Of a stretch of DNA of 32,196 nt, positions 11,950 through 22,894 are shown piece by piece. Position 1 is the stretch's first letter, and every line of letters begins with the position of its first letter. The DNA comes from Folioceros fuciformis (Eukaryota). The DNA lies in NCBI GenBank assembly GCA_049999805.1, contig JBNGIO010006142.1, positions 212,769-244,964 on the forward strand. Direction: 5' to 3'. The notes under the pieces were generated by a model. The model was not told the origin of the DNA and did no database searches. It worked only from the letters and a program-made list of their open reading frames with translations. Made by a program: the position numbers and the translations under genes.

Positions 11950-13482
11950 TCAATTGCAGGTAAGAGTGTCGGCGATTTTGTGAAGCTTACTTTTGTGCGG
12001 AAGCTCTCCCACTGCAATCATTTCTTCTACTTTGTCCTTCACTTCTGCTATGTCCCTCTTCTTCTTCTCCTCGGCCTCCGCTATTGCCTATTATCATCCG
12101 ACCACGCAAAGCAAGGAACATTAATGATCTCTCCTTCTCTTCTGCAGGAAAAACTCGTGCTTCAAGGAGCGACTGTATCAAACACACGGTGGTGTTGCCC
12201 ACGCTCAAGTTCCAAACCGCCAGAAAGTGCATGTAACATATGATCATGGTTCTGCTGTCCTCTATTCCACCAGAACCGTGTACAGATTATTCAAATGGCT
12301 GCCGGAACTGACCCCCTCAAGAATGCCGGCCGCTAACTTTGTCTTTCACTTTCTGGACAAAGCCTTTGTGGTTCTGAGGAGGGAACTCTCCTGTCACTGT
12401 CATTCCTTCAACCTTATCGGTCAACTCAGCTATTCCCCTGTTCTTCTCTTCGGCTATTTCTGCCTCACGCTTTGTCCCCCCACCCCAACAATCCTTCATG
12501 CTGTCATTGCTCTGCTATAAGGTAGGAAGAAAGACCGCGAGCAGGCCCACCTCTCTTTCACCCAGGAAAGAGCAGGAATAGATGTCACACAGCGGGAGTG
12601 CAAACTTGTGTCTATAATGTCAGAACTTACTCTTTCAGCTCGAATCCTCGCGTCGGCCATCTCTTTCTCCGCTTCTTCGTGCGCCCGTGCTTTGATTATC
12701 ACTGCTTTCTCCTTCGCCTTGTTAGTGATCTTCTCTGCTTCCATCTGTTAGACCGTCACAAAGCGGGTTCAGAACTGGAGTATACAGCAAGCATCATGAT
12801 CTTGGTTCATGTCAGCATTTATTTGACCTGTGCTTGAGCGACCAGGTTCTCCGCACGGATATCTTCCTTCTTCTTCTTCTCTAATGCTTTGGCCTCCTCG
12901 TGCAACTTTTGCTTTTCCGCTTTCCCCTGAATAACTTGATCCGAAGAACATCAGATACAAGAGACACTGACGACACTTGCCTGCAAATTCATCAGCATTC
13001 ACCCCTAGCACGGGCCAGCCTACCTGAAAACCTTGTGCTCGGGCCTCCAGCTTTCGAGTTTCCGACTCCAAGTAAGCCATGGCCTCAGCCTTGACCCTTT
13101 CCTGGTGTGCCTCTGCAAAAGCCTGAGCCTTCTCGTTGACAGACCTAGCGCCAGGAGATGCCACCCCTGTCTGGGTGGGCGAAATCGGGCCTGTGGTTGC
13201 GAAGCCATCCGGTCTAGCTTGGTGGTCCTTTGTCACCCTGTCTGGAGTCGTGTCATCTCTGTCTCTCTGCTGATTCAATCCTACACCGTCGTCGTGCTTC
13301 AAAGGCACAACAACGGGCTTACCCTCAGGGACTGTAGGGGGAACCGCTCCACCACTGGCTTTCGTCTGCTCTGGCAGATCCCGTGGGAAGTCTGTCCGTG
13401 TCGCGTCAGTCACGCTCTTCGGACTCGGGGGGTTCCTTTTGATGGCTACTAGAGCCGGCTCTTCTCGCTGCGCCTGAGCCAT
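11950..13482 (-). CDS. Remorin-like protein (disordered Pro-rich N-terminus, coiled-coil C-terminus) with two candidate terminal exons
   Basis: Exons 13482-13024, 12926-12828, 12744-12631, then either 12469-12317 or 12087-11950, all phase 0. E/K/A-rich heptads end in GELP/GEFP, resembling the remorin TGxxP tail. The family call is by overall architecture only. Confidence 0.6.
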
Positions 13483-14147
13483 CCTGCTGGCGAAGATTGC
13501 ACCCGTGAAGAAATTTGATGGGTGAATGGAATTGCAAGGAAGCCTTTGACCCACACAGACAGCAGCATAAGAGCTCTGAGCCTCTTCGCACTTGGGGTGG
13601 CGCAGTCTCCTACTCAACAGGTGAACATTTGGCCTTGTCAGCAACCGCCACGAGGCGCGCCAGGTGTTAGTACTTCAGCTATCCTCTGAGTCGGCGTCTG
13701 AAGTGAGTTAGATGCTGCAATCTTGATGAGACTGTGTGTTTGGCCAGACAGCAGCCCTCCTAACCTCGAGCGACGCTTGTTGCCCGCACGAAGCCCTCCC
13801 TCCTACCGATCAGGGTGCAAATACCACGCACTGGACATATATCCACTGATCTGCAACTCAATCAGCAGCCTGCTGCGTTGATTGCGTGTGGCAAGATCAC
13901 TGGTATTCTTCGTTCTTAGTAATCACAATTAGAAACCATAGGGATAAGGATGACATCAAGCTAAAGTGTGAACAGCGACAAGGGATGAAAGGGCTAGCTA
14001 CGTCGCTAGCTATCTTACATTAGCCAACAGCCATCAATCTCCCGATGATCGTTGGACTTGGACGTTACCATCCAGTTCACATCATTAGGCCGGATGATTT
14101 TTTGCGTTCTTGAGCAAACAAGGACGAGAATGCTTGAAATTGGGCCA

Positions 14148-15100
14148 TCACCTCCTCTTCAGTTCTAGCCGCAAGGGATTCAATTTTCGCACTCCGGTTC
14201 CAAACTCTTCTGCCATCTCAAGTGTCTTGCTACCATTTGGAATGACTAATTGGTACCTCTGCGCAACTTTGGCAATAAGGTTACGCACCTGGGGAAGGGC
14301 CAGGGCAATCCCTGCGCACACCCGCCTACCGCCTCCGAAAGGCAAAAGGCTGCAGTCATGTTAGCATAGTCATGTTAGCATAATCTAGTTAAGAGAGCGC
14401 TTAGTCATCGATCCCTAGCAATAGCTCTCATTGGTAGATAGCGAAGATCCCTAGCAATAGCTCTCATTGGTAGATAGCGAAGAGTCACGACGTTTAGATC
14501 GCAACGTTCAGCACTCATGCCTCCAAAGGGCAGATTGTGTATGCGCTGTGAGTGTAGTAATGATAATCCATTGTCTTTCTTAGTTCGTGTGCTCGCGCGT
14601 AGGAGAACAACAAGTCTTGCCCCGTGACGTCCACATCTTCTCGGAGAAACCTATTTGGATCGAACTTTTCCCGCTCTGGCCAGATCGCGGGATTCCAAGC
14701 AATGGCGTAGCTGTTGACACACACAATCGAGTCCTTGGGAATGTCGTAGCCTCCTGTCGTTCCTGATTCACATGCGACAATCCAAGAGGCAGATGCATGT
14801 GCACTCGGAAGTTCTCCTTCACAAAGGCTCTCAGATATGGGAGCCTCTCGATGTCTAGTGCTCGAATAGGGACTCCCTTTCCTAGGACTTGGTCCATCTC
14901 GTCTTGTATTATGCGGTACATCTGGGGCCGATTTCCAACTCCGCAAGGGCCCATTCCACAGTAGAAGCCGTGGTCTCATTCCCTGTTTACAAGCATCCAA
15001 TTTTTAGTGGTTCCGTCCAAATGACAAGACGACATGAATTGCATTTATTTGGCAAGCCGATGCCAGTTCCATGCCTACCTGCCACATTAACTTCATCCAG
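14148..15100 (-). pseudogene. Truncated cytochrome P450 pseudogene, paralog of 20120-21840
   Basis: Only the end of exon 2, the last intron and exon 3 remain. It has a 254-bp insertion just before the heme motif, a net 7-nt frameshifting deletion at ~14755-14760, and its 5' part is replaced by TE sequence. Confidence 0.92.
14359..14612. mobile_element. Solo LTR (254 bp) inserted in the P450 pseudogene
   Basis: Absent from the intact paralog. TGTT...AACA termini. Flanks AGTCA (14354-14358) and AGTCT (14613-14617) give a 5-bp TSD with one mismatch. Internal perfect 36-bp tandem duplication at 14410-14481. Confidence 0.8.
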
Positions 15101-15988
15101 ATTCTCATAAACAACTTCTGAACTTGTATCAAGATGATTATAAGACCCTAGCTAGTTACATCAACAGAGCAAGCAACTTGAACGAAAAGTCAGTATATGA
15201 GCTAACACCAGCTACCCTGAAGATTGGAGATCAAAGTACAAGAGCAGGCTTACTACAAAAGCATGATCCTCCCTCTACCAAGGCTTGAGTAAATGACCGA
15301 GAAGTACATATTAATGTGATTCTTGAATATGGAGAGTCAACGTACATTCTCAACGATAACCGGCTTACCTCTCTTGGTTTACAGGATGCTAAGTTCAGGC
15401 CCTATAAGAAAGTGTTCAAGAATGCCTCTTGCATTCCGTTACCTCTGAAAGGATGAAGATTATGGTCGAAGGAGTAAAATTCTTCATACGCTTTGTCGTG
15501 GTGGAGCTGCATAAGGATGCTTATGGCATCATCTTTAGGTAGCCATAGTTGGAACTAGTAAAAGACATCCATGATTGGAAGATAGGCATACTCAAGATAA
15601 GACCACACAAAAACATATTCAAATTCAATCCTGGAGGTCTATTGAGATATAGTTGAGCAATTTATCATCTCCAATTCTCAAAATAAGGAGGAGGTGATCC
15701 TATATGAGGAAGATGACTCAGAGTTGGAAGTGGACTATGGGTTTGAGATGTTCAACTCTAATTCATGATTACTATATACCCTAAACACCTTAAACACTGT
15801 TGGTTCACTTCATTCGAGAGGTGTTGGAAGACAAGAGGGTATTGCTTGTCAAAGTTCACACCAGTCAGAACCCTGCATATATTTTTACCAAGGGGCTCTC
15901 TACGGAGCAATTCGCACAAGCTCGGACACTCATGGGCATGAGGTAGACCACTCTTCTATGAAGGTAAATTGGCCTTTAAGTGGGAGGT
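15101..15988 (+). mobile_element. Decayed Ty3/gypsy-like internal fragment (aspartic protease remnant) ending in a polypurine tract
   Basis: ~15471-15603 translates GVKFFIRFVVVELHKDAYGIIFR*P*LELVKDIHDWK, a decayed YxLLLGRPWL...IHDW protease tail. PPT-like AAGTGGGAGG at 15978-15987. Confidence 0.6.
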
Positions 15989-16394
15989 TGTAGGGTTATG
16001 AAAGCCCAATGTGCTTAGACTAATGTGTTTAGTCTAATATTAGTGTTTAGTTAAGTATCATTAGTTTAGATTAGCTTAAGCTAATATTTAGAAAGCTTCT
16101 TGCGCAGCTTCCTATGCGCTTCTTGTGAAGCTTCCTTGGGAGCTCTTCTAGAGGGTATAAATACTCTCTTGAGCTCCCTTGCAATTGAGATAGAGTGTGA
16201 GACCTCTCTTTCTCCTCTCCTCCTTTGCTTCCTCCTCTTCTCCTTCATCATGTGACTCCCCTAGCGATCCTTCAATTAGGGTTTTGCACCTCAACACTCA
16301 CGATGGTTTGTCTTGCACGATCATGCGACTCTTAATTGTACTTGCTTGTTTAATCTATCTATTACTTTGCATAAACTCGTGATGGTATCAAAGC
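15989..16394 (+). mobile_element. LTR (15989-16382) followed by a tRNA-iMet primer binding site (16383-16394)
   Basis: Starts TGTAGGG right after the PPT, contains TATAAATA (~16156) and a CT-rich R/U5, and is followed immediately by TGGTATCAAAGC. Its last 107 bp recur at 19288-19394. Confidence 0.8.
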
Positions 16395-17304
16395 ATTGGG
16401 AGCTTAGCACAAGAATGAATGATAGCGACATTGCGAGGCACATCTTGCATTGTGGTAGGAGAGATGCCAAAACCATGTGCATCGCCGGGACACTATGATG
16501 GCCAAGAAGGTCATCAGACTTACTTCGTGTAGAATCTTTGCTGTATCTTCTGCTCACAATGGCCTGTAGGAGGCACTATCGCTCTATCAACGCCTTAATT
16601 GCGGGTGGCCGTCTACCAGGGCCAGCCAAAAGGATTACCCACAATCCAAATAATTTCACAATAATGGCAGCGTACAACCACAATCTTCACCGCAAGTCCC
16701 ATAAACTCCACTAATTCCCTCTACGAATTGGAAGCCATTCTTAATGAATTGGAAAACCAAACAAGATTGCATTTTCACTATCTTGGATTGCTCGAAACCT
16801 CGAGAGAATCATAGAACTTGTTCTTCAAATTGTGACCCGCCTTGACAGGCCACGAGAGGAAATTCAGGTTCTTCATTACTTGGATCATCCTCCCATGGGT
16901 TTGTGACCCAAGAATTTAGAAACGTCGCGTCAGTTGGTGGAGAATGCCATACACCTCTTCTCCTGTCCAATGACAAAAGTCACAACTATCTTCTCTGCAG
17001 TTGGTACCACTCTACAACAACAATAGCAAATTACCTAAGGCATCTAGCCAACTGAACAACGGGAACAATGGTGTATAATTACAATGTGGAAATCAAGGAT
17101 CGAGACTTGTTAACGGGTGGGGGGGTTAAACCTTAGCCTATGTATAGGTTATTTATCGACAAGTTATGGGTAGACATATGTGGATTAGGGTTGACAATGA
17201 ACAGTCGTGATATATGTATTTAAAGACAATTTTGACATTATTGATATTCATTTTGACTATTCCTGCTAGGCTATCTTTGCTCCTTGTTTCTTTATAAGAC
17301 TGTT

Positions 17305-19270
17305 TAAACGGGTAGGACTATGACACTTGGGTTGTCCGAATGACTTCCATCCTCGATGAGGCTGACCTCATGGGTGTAGTGGATGGCACTGATCCAGAAG
17401 TGGTCTTGGATGCTATGGCCTCAGATCAAGCGGTCGTTGATGCATGGAAGAAGAAAGATAAAAAGGCAAGGACACTAATCCTGGCTAGCCTTGAATGGCC
17501 GATGCTACACCAAGTAGATGGGACTACCACCTCAAAGCAAGCCTGGACTCAACTTGCTAATCTCTACCAAGTTGAGGACTTGGGGACCATGGTGGCAGTA
17601 GTTAAAAGTCTCTTTTCTCTACAGATGAGAGAGTCAGACACTGTTCAAGGCCACATCACACAGTTTAGAATGGCTTGCTCCAAGATGGCAAGTGCAGGCT
17701 GGAGGCTTACCAAAGTTGAAGCAACGGCAATGTTCCTAACAACACTCCCTTCCTCCTACAATGATTTTATCATGTCTCAAAACCTGAGAATTCATGATGC
17801 CCGACATCTATTAAAGACAGGGACACCAAGAGCCAAGGCACAAGCTAAGGGAGTACTAATAGAGGTTCTCTCAGCATTCATCCAAGATAGCACAACAAGG
17901 GGAACGGCCAGCACCTCAAGATCCAATAGGATCATGTATGTTGCCGCGATTGAGGTTGAGGACGCCTTTTCCATCTTCAACAATGAGATAGGTCACACAG
18001 CCGTGGTTTGCAATCTCCTCGACCTGCACACAACAACATACAAAAAATAGGTAATTATAGTTGGTGTGGCATCCCAGGCCACTGGGAGAATGAATGTAGG
18101 AAAAATGCATCTAACATGTCTTAGAGGACAAACTCCTCTGCAAACATTTTAACCACTGCTAGACGAGCACCTATGACTGCCTCACCAGGCATCATGGCTA
18201 TCCATCTTACCTAGAATCATGTCGACCATCATGGCTGGTACTTGGATTCTTGTGCCTTTGTGCACATATGCCACACTAAATCCTTCTTTGCTACCTATGA
18301 AGCAATATCTTTAGACACCTTCGTGCTCTTGGGAGACGACTATGGCCTAAGAGTTGCTGGAAGATGCATAGTTCCTCTAACACTTGCTGATAAATCACAA
18401 GTCATCTTACTAAACGTGTTTCATGTCCTTGTCATGATGAAGAATCTGATCTCCATTGCCTTGTTGATGAAGATGCAGATATTTACCCTTGTTTTTGACC
18501 AAACCTATTGTACGATGAAAAGATGTGGTCATGATCAGATTTCTAGCAACGCGTATCATGTCCAAGACATCTACAAATTGGATGCTCATGCATTTAACAC
18601 GGAAATTGTTGAGACAGCCCTAGCAATTCACCAAGGAAACAAGACTAGAAAAATTAAAGCCTACAGATGGCACCTAAGGTTAGGGCATCCTAGCAATGGT
18701 CTCTTTAAGCAAATTGTTGGCTTAGATCTATACTACGTGTCGATTGGCCCTCTTCCTAGCCCTGCATTTTGCGAGACTTGCGTACTCTCCAACCAAAGGC
18801 AAGCTTCTTTTCCTGAACACAAGCCAGATCAGAACAATTCTATCCTAAAATTGGTTCACTCCGACCTCTGCGGTCTTATGAGCACAATTTCTTTTGGTGG
18901 AGCTCTCTATTTCCTAACCCTAACTGATGACCATTCAAGAATGTGCTTCACATATTCTCTTGAGCATGAAAGCCAAACTTTTGATACTTTCAAGACATGG
19001 CTGGCTATGGTTGAGACACAGACCTCGGCCAAACTACGCTGTCTGCGCATCGACAACGGTAGGGAATTCACTTCGAACCAGTTTTCTGAATTCTGTGCTG
19101 ACAAGGGTATTGTGCGGCAATTCACAATCGCCTACACACCCCAACAAAATGGGATGGCTGAAAGACTTAATCAGACTCTACAACGTATGGGCAAAGCCAT
19201 GCTTAAACACTCAAAGCTAGACAGCCAATATTGGGCCAAGGCCACAGCCTTTGCCACTTTGCCCTTAATT
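17305..19270 (+). mobile_element. Truncated, decayed Ty1/copia gag-protease-integrase fragment (no RT/RNase H)
   Basis: Gag LNG*DYDTWVVRM..VVDGT and WKKKDKKARTLI. Mutated zinc knuckle YSWCGIPGHWENEC (~18056-18097). Protease WYLDSCA. Pre-integrase WHLRLGHPS..CETC. Integrase core LVHSDLCG, TDDHSR, LRIDNGREF, YTPQQNGMAERLN. Internal stops and frameshifts. Confidence 0.93.
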
Positions 19271-19287
19271 TACGTTTATTTAATTGG

Positions 19288-19394
19288 TTAGGGTTTCGCA
19301 CCTCATCAATCACGACGGTTCGTCTTGCAGCATCATGCGACTCTTAATTGTACTTGCTTGTTTAATCTATCTATTACTTTGCATAAACTCGTGA
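19288..19394 (+). mobile_element. 3' portion (U5) of a second copy of the 15989-16382 LTR
   Basis: 107 bp nearly identical to 16276-16382, ending at the same ...AAACTCGTGA and abutting duplicated host sequence. Confidence 0.88.
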
Positions 19395-20821
19395 GCCTGA
19401 GCCTTCTCGTTCAACGATCTAGCGCCAGGAGATGCCACCCCCTTTTGGGTGGGCGCAATCGGTCCTCTCGTGGCGAAGCCATCCGCTCCGACTTGGCGGT
19501 CCTGTCGAAATTTGATGGGTTTAGGGTTTAAACCCTAAACCCTTCGTGCTTCGGGTGACGCAGATCCTTCTCAACCGGTGAACACTTGGCCTTGTCAGCA
19601 GCCGCCACGAGGCGCGCCAGGGGTTAGTACTTCAGCTATCCTCTGAGTCGGCGTCTGAAGTGAGTTAGATGCTGTAATCTTGATGAGACAGTGTGTTTGG
19701 CCAGACAGCAGCTCTCCAAAACTCGAGCAACGCTTGCTGCCTGTACGAAGCCCTCGCTCCCAACGATCAGGGTGCAAATACCACGCACTGGACACATCCA
19801 CTGATCTGCAACTCAATCAGCAACCTGCTGCTTTGATTGCGTGTGGCAAGATCACTGGTATTCTTCGTTCTTAGTAATCACAATTGGAAACCATAGAGAT
19901 AAGGATGACATAAAGCTGAAGTGTGAACAGCAACAAGGGATTAGAGAGCTAGCTACCTAGCTAGCTAGCTTGCCTTAGCCAACCGCAAGACAGTAACATA
20001 TTCGTCAGTGGTCCGGATGGTCCTTGGACTTGGACGTTACCATCTAGTTCACATCAAGAGACAGATTGACTTTTTGCGGCTCTGAGCAAACAATGACGAG
20101 AATGCTTGAATGTGGGCCATCACCTCCTCTTCAGTTCCAGCCTCAAGGGATTCAATTTTCTCACTCCGACTCCAAACTCTTCTGCCATCTCAAGAGTCTT
20201 GCTGCCGTTTGGAATGACTAATTGGTACCTCTGCGCAATTCTGGCAATAAGGATGTGCACCTGGGGAAGGGCCAGGGCAACCCCTGCGCATACCCGCCTA
20301 CCGCCTCCGAAAGGCAGAAGCCTGCAGTCCTGCCCCGTGACATCCACATCCTCCCGGAGAAACCTATCTGGTTCGAACTTCTCTGGCTCCGGCCAGATTG
20401 CGGGATCCCGAGAAATGGCGTAGCTGTTGACGTGCACAAGAGAACCTTTGGGAATGTCGTAGCCTCCGAGCTTCGCGGGCTCCTGATTCACATGAGGCAA
20501 TCCAAGAGGCAGATGCATGTGCATTCGGAAGTTTTCTTTCACAAAGGCTCTCAGATACGGGAGCCTTTCGATGTCTGGCGCTCGAATAGGGACTCCCTTT
20601 CCTAGGACGTCGTCCATCTCGTCTTGTATTCTGCGGTACATCTGGGGACGGTTTGCCAACTCCGCAAGGGCCCACTCCACAGTGGAAGCCGTGGTCTCAT
20701 TCGCTGTTTACAAGCATCCAATTTTCAGTCCTTCCGTCTGACTGACAAGACCACATGAATTGCATCTCTTCGGCAAGACGATTCCAGTTCGATGCCTACC
20801 TGCCAGATTAACTTCATCCAG
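19395..20821. repeat. Segmental duplication, copy 2 (begins with a deleted remorin-like pseudogene fragment, 19395-~19506)
   Basis: 19395-19506 matches 13121-13234, then jumps to 13510 (a deletion that removes the ATG) and stays colinear with copy 1 to 20821. Confidence 0.9.
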
Positions 20822-21840
20822 GATGTGGATAGTGTCCTCATGATCGATTTCTCCAAGCCTCTCGCCTTCCAGAACTGTGTCAACGAAGTACCAGTCCTCT
20901 TCGCTCTGCCCCAACCTGCACAATGAAGCTCAAAACGTTCAAACAGGTTTAGGTACTGTCAGTTGAGCCAAGGGATCGTGACGCAATTGTAGCGACAAGT
21001 TGAGAGATGGCAAGATGGAAAGAAGGAGCTGCTCTACACTCACTTTCTGCGATGTTCGATGAAGCCCTCCAGCACTTCATTCTTCCGCTTCATAACGCTG
21101 TGTATCAGCTTCTCCCACTTGCGGTGGAAGGGAGCCAGGATGGGGAACATCTCCACAACTGCGCCCTTCCCCAAGCAGGTGCCAACATCGTCGTTCATCT
21201 GAACCAACTCATTGAGATCCGGATCATCAAAAGTGAACCTCTTGCCAAAGAGAAACCGCAGGTTGTGTTTGGCGAGGATCTTCCACAACGAGTCCCTCAC
21301 GTTCAACACCCGTCCCTGATTGCTGTCTGCGTAATTTTCGAACTCGTTCACCTCTTCGAACAGCAACCGATCACCGTAGTACTTCAACATCTTGATCAAC
21401 CCGACTGTGAGGATCTTTCTGTTCACCCGCCACTGATGGCCGTAAGGACATCCAGCAACAGCCCGGTAGTTACCAGAATTTGGTGGCATTTCTAGCAATG
21501 CCTTGACGGCAAAGTTGGTGCCGCTGACGTTTCGGGAAGCGAATGCAATACCAGACTTGATGAGCACCTCCTTGGCCAACTCTGGTGTGGAAACAACTAG
21601 CATCCTTATCGTGGAAACCTGCAACGACATGATCGGCCACTTGTTTTCGAAAGCCAGCCTGGTCATGGAAATGTGAGGATGGTTCCCAGCCAGCGCCGGG
21701 ATGTTACCAAGAACTGGCCATCTCCTCGGCCCAGGAGGGGCTCGAGATCGAAGCTTGTCTTCACTAAAGAGCCATTTGATCGTCACAAGGCCTACAACTA
21801 GGGCCAGCAACGGCACCGCGACGTGCCTGAGAAGCTCCAT
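20120..21840 (-). CDS. Cytochrome P450, CYP71 clan, divergent CYP73 (C4H)-like, 3 exons
   Basis: Exons 21840-21044, 20915-20800, 20703-20120. TM anchor plus PPGP hinge, WxxxR (WRVNR), I-helix NLAANETT, ExxR (ENFR), PDRF, heme motif PFGGGRRVCAG. Both intron positions match class I CYP73 genes. Confidence 0.93.
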
Positions 21841-22894
21841 TCTGATCGAGCGTTGCTAGAGGAATCTGATTGGGGTGATGGTGGCGAAATCCTTAAATCC
21901 TTAAGTGCGTGCCAGAAGAAAAACAGATATTATATGGATATTTGCTCTGCGCTTGTCTTTAGGAGCTTGAGATGTTGGACGTTTGAGGAAGCATCGTTCT
22001 CGTAGAATTTCCTGTGTGCAACACCACAGGAAACAGTGATTGTCACAGGAGAGGTCATTTTAAAAGGTTCGGTTCCATCCTGACCGGATACAATACACAT
22101 CCTGCCTACGCCATTCGTCGATGTCGATGGGCAGTGGAGAAAATTGCGAGGCTGCGGCTTCTCTAAGAGAATATCTCGTGGGCCTTCGCGAAGCTTCTGT
22201 GACCCTAGTGCGAATGACAACACGTTGCAACTGCACTAGCTTGCAGGAGAGGATTCCCGAGACAGAAACTCCAGGGGACAAAAGCCCTCGGTATACGTCA
22301 CGATCGTTGTAAACAAGATCAGTGTTGGCACACACTGTCTCGTCTGTGACGACGGAGACGAGGCAATCGGTGACTTGACTGAGCTTCGATGGGAACAGAC
22401 GGGCAATTGGGATACACGAGGAGTTGGAACCCTGTTCGGTACAATTGTCTCTGGACTACCTTGGTCCCCTTGAGAGCACATATCAGAGTGGCGGCAACGG
22501 GCAAATCCTGTCGCTCCTGACCAGCAGCAGTGGGTGACAGCCGAGATGACATCTGTCGAAGCTCATTAACCTCCTCATTATCGTAAAGATAGACAATCGG
22601 GAAGTTCCGAGTAGGCAAAGTTGTACTTGCGGCTGTCAGCTGCTGCGAGTCATCAGGTCATCACCAGTCCACTCGGCTCTTCATGTCATCAAGGCCACGT
22701 TTGAACCGTCAGGAAAACTAGCCCAAAGGTTGATGCAAATCTGGTTCACAGCACATGGAATCTCCAGTCCACGAGAGGCAGCAGCAAGAAACTTCGAAAG
22801 GCAAGCAGAAGCGGCAGCAAGGAGCTACTGGTTCCCGATAACACAAACTGAACTACCTCAATTACCATCGTCATCAACAGCCACTGCCCTTCCC

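Larger units (their letters stand above)
13121..15100. repeat. Segmental duplication, copy 1 (remorin-like 5' part, spacer, P450 3' part)
   Basis: Colinear high similarity to 19395-20821, e.g. 13655-13925 vs 19610-19880. Similarity ends at ...CTTCATCCAG (15100 / 20821). Confidence 0.92.

Noticed and set aside
13655..14100. Highly similar non-coding block repeated at 19610-20080, considered as an ncRNA or enhancer
   Set aside because: Fully explained by the segmental duplication, with no independent structural signal.
14410..14481. 36-bp direct repeats of CRISPR-like length
   Set aside because: Two adjacent copies with no spacer, inside a solo LTR in eukaryotic DNA, and no cas genes.
21930..22700. 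Overlapping minus-strand ORFs with a faint PGG-domain-like phrase (DLPVAATLI)
   Set aside because: No coherent frame, no ATG-led model and no further motifs. At most an unrecognisable pseudogene.
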